Source: a virus
Lineage: Duplodnaviria; Caudoviricetes
DNA length: 64,000 nt
Virus record (IMG/VR): IMGVR_UViG_3300030100_000603
Coordinates: 13,132 to 77,131 of that record
Direction: 5' to 3' (one strand)
Every line of letters begins with the position of its first letter. Within the stretch, counting starts at the first letter, position 1. Of this stretch, positions 1-8,714 are shown one piece after another. The position numbers and the translations under genes were made by a program. Below the pieces are notes generated by a model. That model was not told where the DNA came from, did no database searches, and saw only the letters and a list, made by a program, of their open reading frames with translations.

Positions 1-1
1 G

Positions 2-793
2 GCGTTTTACTCAGCGAAAGAAGCGGACGATTACGTTGACAACTTGTGGATGATGCTTGACATTGACACGAGTGGTTATCACAGGGAAGAGAAGGTTACA
101 ATCAAGAAGAAGGTACATGCGATTGCAGCCTGTGACCATATCATTGAACTAATCAAGCGCAAGTGTCCTGCGAAAGAGTACCGGCTTTATCTGACAGGGA
201 ATGATACCTACCGACCCCATATCGCTACACTACATAAGTATAAGGGTAATCGTGATGGAATGCGAAAACCTACTTATCTTCAAGATGTGACGGATCATAT
301 CATTGAATTCCATGACGCAACTGTTGTAGACTACATTGAGGCAGATGATACACTCACTGTTGGTCTTACTTGGTGTCGAAAGAAAGGATTACTTGGTGTA
401 GTTGCCAACTTGGATAAGGATATCAAACAGGTAGAAGGATGGCATTACGATTGGGGCAAGGACAAGTACGAATACGTTACTGCCCGAGAAGGTATTCTTC
501 ATACTTACTGTCAGGCGATTGCTGGTGATGCTGTAGACAACTACAAAGGTATCCCCGGAATTGGCATGAAGAAAGCAATGAAATTGATCCAAGATTGCGA
601 GACAGAACGGGAGATGTATGAGACTGCGGTAGAAGCCTATCGAGAGTATTTCGGTGAAGAATACCATTACAAATCATGGGACGGGAAGGACATGGTGAAG
701 ACACCCCAGGAGCTTTTCCTTGAGAACATGAACCTAGCATTCATGCAGAGGAAGAAGGGTGAATTCTACCAGATTCCACATAAGGAGAAGTGA
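2..793 (+). CDS. 5'-3' exonuclease / flap endonuclease (5'-partial)
   Basis: Frame is open from base 2, so the gene starts before the window. Motifs YKGNR, EADD, LDKDIKQ and GDAVDNYKGIPGIGMKKA (helix-3-turn-helix) match phage T5/T7-type 5'-3' exonucleases. Confidence 0.9.
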   Translation, partial: AFYSAKEADDYVDNLWMMLDIDTSGYHREEKVTIKKKVHAIAACDHIIELIKRKCPAKEYRLYLTGNDTYRPHIATLHKYKGNRDGMRKPTYLQDVTDHIIEFHDATVVDYIEADDTLTVGLTWCRKKGLLGVVANLDKDIKQVEGWHYDWGKDKYEYVTAREGILHTYCQAIAGDAVDNYKGIPGIGMKKAMKLIQDCETEREMYETAVEAYREYFGEEYHYKSWDGKDMVKTPQELFLENMNLAFMQRKKGEFYQIPHKEK

Positions 794-1230
794 ATATGGC
801 ACGACGTAAACAAGGGAGATATTTTCGAGAGAAACCTAAAGCATTGAAGGGTACACCCTATGACTCATTCGTTGAAAAGAATCTTCATGAAGGACCATTG
901 AGTGGTTGCCAATTCCATCCAGAGAAGGTGCACTATGTATCGAAGCATACTTACGAACCTGACTTCTCTTATCGGGACAGTGATGGCTTGGAATGGTTGA
1001 TTGAGGCAAAGTCAATCTTTCAGGACGGCAAGGAAGCCGGTAAGTATAAATGGGTCAGAGAGTCTTTACAGGAAGATCAAATCTTGGTATTCTGTCTTGA
1101 GAAACCAGATCAACCTATCTACTGGTCAGCCAAACGAAAGGATGGTACGAAGCAAACGATGGCTGAGTGGTGTGAGCGGAATGGTTTCATGTGGTTTACA
1201 GCAGATACCATCTGGCGAATCTTGAATTAA
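790..1230 (+). CDS. PD-(D/E)XK endonuclease, T7 endonuclease I-like resolvase
   Basis: YDSFVE...YEPDF...LIEAKS...W.E.NGF.W pattern; directly follows the exonuclease. Confidence 0.75.
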   Translation: MNMARRKQGRYFREKPKALKGTPYDSFVEKNLHEGPLSGCQFHPEKVHYVSKHTYEPDFSYRDSDGLEWLIEAKSIFQDGKEAGKYKWVRESLQEDQILVFCLEKPDQPIYWSAKRKDGTKQTMAEWCERNGFMWFTADTIWRILN

Positions 1231-1239
1231 GGGTTGACA

Positions 1240-1506
1240 ATGGGTAATCGACGTTACAAACTAGTTACCAGGTATGGGTTGACAGAAGACGTTTACAACA
1301 GTATACTCAAGGGGCAAGACTACAAATGTAAAATTTGTGGTAAATCCCATACTGAAGATAACAAACTCCATGTCGATCATCATGAAAAATACGGAAGGGA
1401 TTGTATCGCAGGGTTGCTTTGTGGTCTTTGTAATAGTATGATTGCACATGCAAGACACGATAAAGAAACACTGAAAAAAGCTATTGACTACCTGGAGAAT
1501 ATCTGA
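1240..1506 (+). CDS. Endonuclease VII-family (His-Me finger) protein, short
   Basis: YGLTEDVY...CKICG...LHVDHH...GLLCGLCNSMIAH is the Endonuclease_7 signature; ATG at 1240. Confidence 0.8.
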   Translation: MGNRRYKLVTRYGLTEDVYNSILKGQDYKCKICGKSHTEDNKLHVDHHEKYGRDCIAGLLCGLCNSMIAHARHDKETLKKAIDYLENI

Positions 1507-1507
1507 G

Positions 1508-1705
1508 ATGAGTAAAGAAACTATTGTAACTAAAGACACCAGAATTGGTATTTTGGGATGGATGTTTCTAATCTTCATGACACTGAAACTGACAGGTCAT
1601 ATCACATGGTCATGGTGGTTGATTACTGCACCACTTTGGGGGCCGATTCTAGTGGCACTGTTAATCGTCTTTTTCATTTTTATTCTAACATTGGTGTTTG
1701 ATTAA
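1508..1705 (+). CDS. Small membrane protein
   Basis: Hydrophobic; FMTLKLTGHITWSWWLITAPLW is a recurrent phage membrane motif. Confidence 0.7.
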   Translation: MSKETIVTKDTRIGILGWMFLIFMTLKLTGHITWSWWLITAPLWGPILVALLIVFFIFILTLVFD

Positions 1706-1929
1706 TGATTACAGTGAATCAGATGATTGAGATTCTTCAAGAATCCGTAAGAGATGATCCGTCAGTTGGTGAACTACCACTGTATGTTTATGCTGACCAA
1801 GGACAAGTGAACATACAGGCAAGTGAACCATCCTACGCTTTTGTGCATGATTACGATTACTACATTGAAGACTTTGAAGCAGATAAAAGCGAAGAATACC
1901 CTAAAGAAATCATTATTATTGGAGACTGA
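1705..1929 (+). CDS. Hypothetical acidic protein
   Basis: TAATG coupling to the upstream gene; same strand as the operon. Confidence 0.6.
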   Translation: MITVNQMIEILQESVRDDPSVGELPLYVYADQGQVNIQASEPSYAFVHDYDYYIEDFEADKSEEYPKEIIIIGD

Positions 1930-1932
1930 TGC

Positions 1933-2451
1933 ATGAAAGAATTTATTGACAAGACTTACGACTTCAACAAGTACGGCAACACACCTGTAGATGATTCATG
2001 CGACAATCTGAATCAAGCGTTTGGTATCATTCAATCAGAAGTCGAAGAGTTGAGTAGTAACCTGTTCAATTATCGTTACATTGACCAAACTGATTGTGAG
2101 AAGACTAAACGACGACTGAAGGCAGCGATGGCTGATGATGTGTCTGACATTATCGTAACGGCAGTTGGTTTTGCCTATCGAATGGGTCTTGACAAATACC
2201 AAATGGATGCTATACTCCATGTGGTTGCAGACGCAAACCTTGCGAAGTTTCCAGAGACACTTGAGGATGCACTAGCATCAGTAGAGAAATATGAAAACGA
2301 CGACCGATATGAAAATGTTTCGTACACACAAATCGCGGATGATCGTTTTGTGGTACATGGCAGCCCGAAAGGCACGAATGGGTACAAGATTCTGAAGGAC
2401 CATGAATGGACTGACCCTCACAATAAATTGGAGATGATTGTCAATGATTGA
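1933..2451 (+). CDS. MazG-like / all-alpha NTP pyrophosphohydrolase
   Basis: SEVEEL...DDVSDIIVTAVG...VADANLAKF...KILK pattern; located among nucleotide-metabolism genes. Confidence 0.7.
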   Translation: MKEFIDKTYDFNKYGNTPVDDSCDNLNQAFGIIQSEVEELSSNLFNYRYIDQTDCEKTKRRLKAAMADDVSDIIVTAVGFAYRMGLDKYQMDAILHVVADANLAKFPETLEDALASVEKYENDDRYENVSYTQIADDRFVVHGSPKGTNGYKILKDHEWTDPHNKLEMIVND

Positions 2452-3412
2452 AGGAAAGGGCGGTATCAGCGCGAAAATCATCAAGGACAGTATGAGTAGT
2501 GTCAATGGTAAACGAATCACTACTTTTGAACTGGTTTATCCCAGGTTTATTCACGGTGAGTTTATGACGCACCGAATGTTCAGTCGGAACGCTGCATCAT
2601 CTAGGGCAATTCCCATCAAAAAAGTTATCGAAAACATTGATGAGAATACAGCAATGCCTATCCATTGGGGTGCAGCACAAAAGGGAATGCAGGCGGAAAA
2701 TGAATGTAATAACCCTGTAGTTGATTGGTACAGTGACAATGCGTTGAGTCGTGAAGCAATCTGGAATGGTGCGAAAGATAATGCTGTGATGGTTGCTGAG
2801 GAATTCGATAAGGCTGGATATCACAAACAGATTGTCAATCGTCTACTCGAACCATTTCAATTCATCAAGGTGGTGTGTACCGCTACTGAATTTGACAACT
2901 GGTTCTGGCTGCGTGACCATGAGGATGCACAACCTGAAATTGCTGAACTGGCACGATGCATGTCTGTCGCAATGGAACAGTCATTCATTGACATTCTTGA
3001 TCCTGGTCAATGGCATCTTCCTTATGTCTCATCCATGAGCGATGCTGAAGGAAATATTGATTATTACATTGACATGAACGGTGAGACTGTTAGACTGTCA
3101 CTAGATGAAGCACTGAAGGTATCAGCCAGTTGTTGCGCTCAGATTTCATATAGACTTTTGGATAATTCACTTGACAAAGCACTGAAGATTTATGATATGC
3201 TTGTGACATCTGAACCTGTCCATGCGAGTCCGTTTGAACATCAGGCTACGCCAATCAGTTATGACGAGGAATGTAAATACGACAAGACATGGTGGAATGG
3301 TTGGCAAGAAGGTATCACGCACCAAGATAAAGATGGTAACTTCTGGTCAGGGAATTTCAACGGATGGATTCAGTACCGACAACTGATTCCGAACAACGCA
3401 AAAACTGGTTGA
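2438..3412 (+). CDS. thyX: Flavin-dependent thymidylate synthase
   Basis: PRFIHGEFMTHRMFSRNAASSRAIP (ThyX motif), LRDHEDAQPEI, HASPFEHQATP. Confidence 0.92.
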   Translation: MSMIEGKGGISAKIIKDSMSSVNGKRITTFELVYPRFIHGEFMTHRMFSRNAASSRAIPIKKVIENIDENTAMPIHWGAAQKGMQAENECNNPVVDWYSDNALSREAIWNGAKDNAVMVAEEFDKAGYHKQIVNRLLEPFQFIKVVCTATEFDNWFWLRDHEDAQPEIAELARCMSVAMEQSFIDILDPGQWHLPYVSSMSDAEGNIDYYIDMNGETVRLSLDEALKVSASCCAQISYRLLDNSLDKALKIYDMLVTSEPVHASPFEHQATPISYDEECKYDKTWWNGWQEGITHQDKDGNFWSGNFNGWIQYRQLIPNNAKTG

Positions 3413-3438
3413 CACGAGAAGTAATCGTCGGTTAAACT
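3409..3438 (+). promoter_or_regulatory. sigma70-like promoter for nrdJ
   Basis: TTGACA-N18-TAAACT upstream of the AGGAG RBS of the RNR gene. Confidence 0.55.
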
Positions 3439-3518
3439 ATTCTGGTAACATAGAATAAGTAGTGAAGGGGTCGTTAATCGGCCCCACATTTTCAGAAATT
3501 AATAGGAGAGAATATTTA

Positions 3519-5747
3519 ATGGAAAACGTTGGTGTTATTGGTAAAGAAATGATGTCCGAATCTAAGTTCTACACTGGTTATTCTCGCTGGATTGACGAGA
3601 AGAATCGTTATGAAACTTGGGATGAATCAGTTAAGCGTGTAATGGACATGCACCGTGAAATGTTCCAAGAGGTAATGACACCGGAGCTTGAGGAAATGAT
3701 TTCCTTTGCTGAAAAACAATATAAAAAGAAAACGGTTCTTGGGGCACAGCGAGCATTGCAATTTGGTGGACCTCAGATTTTCAAACATATGGCCCGAATG
3801 TTTAACTGTGTTTCTGGTCATGTGAGTCGTCCTGAGTTCTTTCAGGAATGCATGTATCTTCTTCTTTGTGGTTGTGGTGTAGGTTTTAGTGTTCAGAATC
3901 AGCATATTGACCAACTACCTAAACTGAAACAGCGTCACCCGAAACGTTCCAAAGTATTTGTTATTCCTGATAGCATCGAGGGTTGGTCTGATGCTTACGG
4001 TGTGCTTATTTCAAGTTATCTTGAGGAAGATGCACCCTTCCCTGAATATCAAGGTTGCCATGTTGCATTTGATTTCAGTAAGATTCGACCCAAAGGTGCC
4101 TACATCAGTGGTGGGTTCAAGGCACCTGGTCCTGACGGCCTTCAGCAATCTCTGAACAAGTGTGAGAAACTTCTTGAAAATGCTGTAAGTAAGAGCAAGC
4201 AACCTGTAAAATTCAAGTCAATTGATGCTTATGATTTTGTAATGTTTATGGCGGATGCTGTTCTGTCTGGTGGTGTACGTCGTAGTGCTACTATCTGCAT
4301 GTTCAGCAAAGACGATGAAGAAATGCTTAATGCTAAGACTGGTAGCTGGTTCATTGATAACCCGCAACGTGGTCGTTCAAACAATTCAGTGATGCTCAAG
4401 CGAGATGAAGTTACTCGTGAAGAATGGGCTCACATTATGAAAAGTGTTAAGCAAGTTGGTGAACCGGGTTTCATCTTCACAAGTAATCTGGAACATACTT
4501 ATAATCCTTGTGTAGAAATTGGTAAACTTCCAGTAACCATTGACGGTATTCCCGGTTTCCAAGGTTGTAACCTTTGTGAAATTAATGGTTCAGCATGCAA
4601 TACGAAAGAAGATTTCGAAGATGCTTGTAAGGCAGCAGCTATTATTGGTACACTACAGGCAGCATATACTGATTTCCGTTATCTGTCGGATGCTACTAAG
4701 CGAATCTTTGAGCAGGAAGCGTTGATTGGTGTATCTATCACTGGTTGGATGAACAATCCTGAAGTGTTGTTTGACAAACAGAACATGATTGATGGGGCGC
4801 AACTTGTAAGGAAGATTAATCGTGAAGTAGCAGAAATGATCGGTATTAACCCTGCTGCCCGAACTACTTGTGTTAAGCCTTCAGGCAACGCATCTGTTCT
4901 TCTTGGTACTGCATCAGGGATTCATGGTGAACATGCTCCGATGTATTTCCGTAACGTTCAAATGAATGAGCAGGATGAAGTTCTGGAATTGATTCAACGT
5001 GAGAATCCGTCCATGGTTGAAACTTCTGTCTGGTCTAATACGGGTACTGACAAGGTTGTTAGTTTCCCGGTTGTTAGCCCAGAAGGTTCAATCTATAAGG
5101 ACGATCTGCTTGGTGTAAAACAACTTGAATATGTGAAATTGGCACAACAATATTGGGTTGAATACGGTACTGATGTTGATCTTTGTGTTGATCCAGCATT
5201 GCGCCATAACGTATCCAATACCATCACTGTTGATGATTGGGATGAGGTTGAGGAATATATCTATGAGAACCGTGAATGGTTCGCCGGTATTTCCCTTCTG
5301 AGTGCATTTGGTGATAAGGGATACCCCCAAGCACCTTTCACACAGGTATTCACCGCAGAAGATAATTTGAAGCGGTATGGTGATGCTTCCATGTTTGCTT
5401 CTGGATTGATTGTGGATGGTCTTCATGCCTTCAATCAGAACCTTTGGACAGCATGTGACACTGTGAACGGATGGGGTGAAAAACTTGACCCTGAGAAGTC
5501 TTCTGACCTTCTTAAGCGTGATTGGGTACGTCGTGCCAAGAAGTTTGCTGACAACTATTTTGATGGGGATATTATTGAGATGACTAATTGCTTGAAGGAT
5601 TGCTTCAACTTCCATAAATGGAAGACAATTGAACGTCAAATTAAGCCAATCAATTTTGCGAAGCAAATGGAGGAACGTTCGTATACTGAAATTGATACTA
5701 TGGGTGCAATGGCATGTTCTGGTGGGGCATGTGAGATCAACTTTTAA
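3519..5747 (+). CDS. nrdJ: Class II (adenosylcobalamin-dependent) monomeric ribonucleotide reductase
   Basis: YSRW..E..RYETWDESVKRV, GVGFSV, IPDSIEGW, DFSKIRPKGA, VRRSA, SNNSV, GEPG, NPCVEI, GCNL, VKPSG and C-terminal CSGGAC parallel the Lactobacillus RTPR; no NrdB partner nearby. Confidence 0.88.
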   Translation: MENVGVIGKEMMSESKFYTGYSRWIDEKNRYETWDESVKRVMDMHREMFQEVMTPELEEMISFAEKQYKKKTVLGAQRALQFGGPQIFKHMARMFNCVSGHVSRPEFFQECMYLLLCGCGVGFSVQNQHIDQLPKLKQRHPKRSKVFVIPDSIEGWSDAYGVLISSYLEEDAPFPEYQGCHVAFDFSKIRPKGAYISGGFKAPGPDGLQQSLNKCEKLLENAVSKSKQPVKFKSIDAYDFVMFMADAVLSGGVRRSATICMFSKDDEEMLNAKTGSWFIDNPQRGRSNNSVMLKRDEVTREEWAHIMKSVKQVGEPGFIFTSNLEHTYNPCVEIGKLPVTIDGIPGFQGCNLCEINGSACNTKEDFEDACKAAAIIGTLQAAYTDFRYLSDATKRIFEQEALIGVSITGWMNNPEVLFDKQNMIDGAQLVRKINREVAEMIGINPAARTTCVKPSGNASVLLGTASGIHGEHAPMYFRNVQMNEQDEVLELIQRENPSMVETSVWSNTGTDKVVSFPVVSPEGSIYKDDLLGVKQLEYVKLAQQYWVEYGTDVDLCVDPALRHNVSNTITVDDWDEVEEYIYENREWFAGISLLSAFGDKGYPQAPFTQVFTAEDNLKRYGDASMFASGLIVDGLHAFNQNLWTACDTVNGWGEKLDPEKSSDLLKRDWVRRAKKFADNYFDGDIIEMTNCLKDCFNFHKWKTIERQIKPINFAKQMEERSYTEIDTMGAMACSGGACEINF

Positions 5748-6053
5748 ATGACACCATGCGTTAAACTCTGCAACCTTCGCAAAGGGATTTGTGAGGGTTG
5801 TTATAGAACAGTCGATGAAATAATCAAGTGGAAGGATACGGGTATGGAAGATCGAATGAGGATCATGAAACAACTACAGCGTCAGTGGTCAACACATGAT
5901 TGTCCTAGTTGTAACCGACCAACTTACTGTGCGATGAATGATGGTAAATCTTCAAACACTTGCTGGTGTATGACGTTAGAGAAAACGTACAATCCAGATA
6001 TTGATGTTGATAATTGTCTTTGTAGAGAGTGTCTGACTAAGGAGGTCAAATGA
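5748..6053 (+). CDS. Cys-rich protein, DUF1289-like domain fused to a CWC-type domain
   Basis: TPCVKLC....ICEGCYRTVDEIIKW followed by CPSC...C......CWCM...CLCRECL. Confidence 0.7.
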   Translation: MTPCVKLCNLRKGICEGCYRTVDEIIKWKDTGMEDRMRIMKQLQRQWSTHDCPSCNRPTYCAMNDGKSSNTCWCMTLEKTYNPDIDVDNCLCRECLTKEVK

Positions 6054-6382
6054 GCAAACCAACATTTAATCCGTTTGCGGATAAGAGAGATAATGGTGTT
6101 TGGTTAACGATTACAGATGATGACGATGATCAAGAAGACGTAGTAAAGAAGCCAAACCACTACCAACTTCTACCCGACTATGAAGTAAAGGATGTGAATA
6201 AGGCTCTGCTAGATAAGATTCAAGAGAGTGGTTACGATATTACTCTTTATGAGGCAGGTTGGTTCCAGCAATCAATGCAATACTTTCTAAGATTCTACGC
6301 CAAAAATGGCCTAGAGGACTTGGAAAAAGGAATTGAGACAATGCAGTTTGTTGTTGATTCAATGAAAGAACGTAAACTCTAG
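6050..6382 (+). CDS. DUF3310-like protein
   Basis: DVVKKPNHYQ...YFLRFYAKNGLEDLEKG signature. Confidence 0.7.
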   Translation: MSKPTFNPFADKRDNGVWLTITDDDDDQEDVVKKPNHYQLLPDYEVKDVNKALLDKIQESGYDITLYEAGWFQQSMQYFLRFYAKNGLEDLEKGIETMQFVVDSMKERKL

Positions 6383-6386
6383 ACAT

Positions 6387-6427
6387 AAAAATACCCCGTC
6401 CAGTTAATTCTGGCGGGGTTTTATTTT
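6387..6427. terminator. Bidirectional rho-independent terminator
   Basis: ACCCCG(T)CCAG-ttaatt-CTGGCGGGGT hairpin with an A-run before and a T-run after, between convergent operons. Confidence 0.85.
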
Positions 6428-6434
6428 GCCTATA

Positions 6435-6716
6435 TTATTCTTGTGTTTCTTCTTCTTTGTTATTGCTTTCTTCTTGTTTCCAGAAGCGTAATGCACTCAG
6501 TTGATTGTTGCATTGATCCAACGCGGCAGATTGTATTTGTATTACTTCACCGATGGTCGCTTCTGCTGGTTTGTCAGGGTAGCATTCCTCAGTCAAATAA
6601 TCAGGCGGATACTGATAAGAATACACGGTTTCTGTGACTGTTTTCGTGAATGGACACCCGACCAGTAGGGTATATAGGGGTAGGACGAGTAACCACTTTT
6701 TATTGGAAAATTTCAT
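6435..6716 (-). CDS. o-spanin (Rz1-like lipoprotein)
   Basis: Lipobox LLVGC, then PPDYLTEEC.P...LDQCNNQL; overlaps the i-spanin gene. Confidence 0.8.
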   Translation of the reverse strand: MKFSNKKWLLVLPLYTLLVGCPFTKTVTETVYSYQYPPDYLTEECYPDKPAEATIGEVIQIQSAALDQCNNQLSALRFWKQEESNNKEEETQE

Positions 6717-7047
6717 TGAGAACGTCCTCCGGTAGCTTCCGGTCCAGACATTGTTGTAGGTCTTCTTCCGTCTGGCTTAGCATCCTGACCAATCTTTGTT
6801 GTCTTTGTCTTGACTCTTCTTGACCACTCAGGTATTCTTCAATGGTGCGTTCCTGTATCTCAGCACGCTCTTTGAATTCTTCTACTGAGGATTCTAGCTG
6901 AATGATCTTTTCATCTTGACGAATGAGTGATTCTGTCAGGTTCTTATTCTCACTGTACAGGTTGAAGACATACCAACCAGCGCCAGCAATAATGGCGATA
7001 AGAATTACTCCAATAATCATCTTAGGTGTTTTTAGTAGTCCCCACAT
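6700..7047 (-). CDS. i-spanin (Rz-like)
   Basis: One N-terminal TM segment, long coiled coil, C-terminal C....LPEDV; overlaps the lipoprotein gene. Confidence 0.8.
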   Translation of the reverse strand: MWGLLKTPKMIIGVILIAIIAGAGWYVFNLYSENKNLTESLIRQDEKIIQLESSVEEFKERAEIQERTIEEYLSGQEESRQRQQRLVRMLSQTEEDLQQCLDRKLPEDVLNEIFQ

Positions 7048-7052
7048 TGTTG

Positions 7053-7316
7053 TTACCTCTCATCTGGGCGCTCTACACCCTTCACCTTGTCTAAGTAATC
7101 CTGCAAGGAGCTACCGGCGTAGTACGCACTAACAATCCCTGTAGAAATTGTATATGAAAAACTTACGATTACACCCAAGGAAGGAAACACTGTGGGAAAC
7201 ATTATTGCAATTCCAATCCATAGAAACGTTTGAACAATCACCCAAATGAGGGCAATATAGGCATGTCTCCGACGATGTTTCCAATGGGTATACGGATCAG
7301 GATGGGTCATTGTCAT
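7053..7316 (-). CDS. Holin-like two-TM membrane protein
   Basis: Basic N-terminus (KHRRRH), two TM helices, directly upstream of the spanins. Confidence 0.6.
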   Translation of the reverse strand: MTMTHPDPYTHWKHRRRHAYIALIWVIVQTFLWIGIAIMFPTVFPSLGVIVSFSYTISTGIVSAYYAGSSLQDYLDKVKGVERPDER

Positions 7317-7542
7317 TTACATTCTCCCATTCGTCGTTCTTCAACCAGGGGAACTGGTCTGTGAACTTATCTTCTCTTGTCAACGCAAACCAGAACAACC
7401 GAAGATGGTTTATCCTATTTGACTTATCTGCTGGTGGTTGCTTACCCCTGATGAAGATGTGATAGATTACCAGAAAACCAATCAACGAAGGAAGGATCAT
7501 TAGACCAAGTAGTGTGTACAGTAGGATCATCTCATTCACCAA
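7297..7542 (-). CDS. Small membrane protein
   Basis: N-terminal TM segment; coupled to neighbouring genes. Confidence 0.6.
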   Translation of the reverse strand: MVNEMILLYTLLGLMILPSLIGFLVIYHIFIRGKQPPADKSNRINHLRLFWFALTREDKFTDQFPWLKNDEWENVNDNDPS

Positions 7543-8027
7543 AATGGGTCAATTAAATAGTCAATCTTGACGTAATCAACACCAGTGTTGGGGTCATGAA
7601 TCCCTGCTGAACTGTGATGGACATATTCGATTCTCCATACATCATGGAAATCAAGACCAACACCTAACCGGAAATTAGTATCTCCAACAAGAGTATGCCC
7701 AGAGTTAGCTGACACACCAAGTTTAAAATAAGGATCAATCCCATAAATCCCCCACGATGGTTCTGTAATATAAGATACAGAGTACATCACTTCGTTATCT
7801 TGATATCCTCGTTTTGTATCACCAGCTTCCATTAAGGAAACTTCAAAGTCCCAATTGTTATGGATATAACCAACTTCACCAACTTTTAGATGTGAATTGA
7901 TTACTGTCTTACCCACACCAATATGGAACTGATTTTCGGTTGCATTGGCTTTCATGGAATACCCTGCCGCAATCAGCAGGGCAACGAATACTCCAACACC
8001 AATGGCTGTCTTGGATATTTTACGCAT
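7536..8027 (-). CDS. pagL: PagL-like lipid A deacylase / acyloxyacyl hydrolase family outer-membrane beta-barrel
   Basis: Signal peptide MRKISK...KANA, amphipathic strands, C-terminal FRLGVGLDF...EYVHHSSAGIHDPNTGVDY resembling the PagL HxS...PN.G.E motif; start at ATG 8027. Confidence 0.65.
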   Translation of the reverse strand: MRKISKTAIGVGVFVALLIAAGYSMKANATENQFHIGVGKTVINSHLKVGEVGYIHNNWDFEVSLMEAGDTKRGYQDNEVMYSVSYITEPSWGIYGIDPYFKLGVSANSGHTLVGDTNFRLGVGLDFHDVWRIEYVHHSSAGIHDPNTGVDYVKIDYLIDPFW

Positions 8028-8031
8028 GGTA

Positions 8032-8334
8032 TCATGCCTCGATATCTTTAGCCTGTGTGAACAGATCATCAAGCTGTTCATCGGTGAGACCAAGATCATT
8101 AGCCAACGCAAGGACAGTAGGACTATTGCGCTTGAATGTAGTAGCATACTCCCATGCATCTTTAACAGTCTGGTCAGTGTTTGGATCATTCATCAGGGTT
8201 TCCACTTGGTCACGAAGGCCGGCAGAGTTGAGTGCAGCCCGTGCCTGGAAAGCAGATACCTGAGCGAACTCCCTCCAATTAACAAGACGTTCTGCTTCAA
8301 TTTCCTGTTTAGTTTTAAAATTTACATTTGCCAT
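8032..8334 (-). CDS. Tail-fibre assembly-associated protein
   Basis: VSAFQARAAL...WEYATTFKRNSP...LGLTDEQLDDLF is typical of genes downstream of tail fibres. Confidence 0.65.
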   Translation of the reverse strand: MANVNFKTKQEIEAERLVNWREFAQVSAFQARAALNSAGLRDQVETLMNDPNTDQTVKDAWEYATTFKRNSPTVLALANDLGLTDEQLDDLFTQAKDIEA

Positions 8335-8696
8335 TATGCATACTCCTTGCCTTGACGGGTGAGAGCCCATGCTTTACCGGCGAAGTTTTTAGTACGGTCC
8401 ATCTTCACATGGATTTCATCAGGATCATATTCACTGGCATCAAATTCACCAGACTCTTCCCAATGACCGGGACCGACCTGTTGACAAAGCGTAAGTTTCA
8501 GTGTACCATCCACACGTTCAGCATTACGAATAGCAGGGACACCATTCACAGGATCAGCACCAGTGAACTTTGCACCATCGGGCATACCACTAAAGTCGTA
8601 TTCTTCAGTGACACCATCTTTGTGTGCAGTAACGACTTCACCATTGAACTCATAGAAGTCAGGGGATTGACCAGTTGCGAGAATGTTGATTTTCAT
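8334..8696 (-). CDS. Tail-fibre-associated protein
   Basis: YDFSGMPDGA...AERVDGTLKLTL pattern; follows the tail-fibre gene. Confidence 0.55.
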   Translation of the reverse strand: MKINILATGQSPDFYEFNGEVVTAHKDGVTEEYDFSGMPDGAKFTGADPVNGVPAIRNAERVDGTLKLTLCQQVGPGHWEESGEFDASEYDPDEIHVKMDRTKNFAGKAWALTRQGKEYA

Positions 8697-8714
8697 GTGT
8701 GATTACTCCTGAAT

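Noticed and set aside
3415-3518. Possible cobalamin riboswitch upstream of nrdJ
   Set aside because: Only two short hairpins in ~100 nt; no B12-box (GCCACTG) or GGGAA core.
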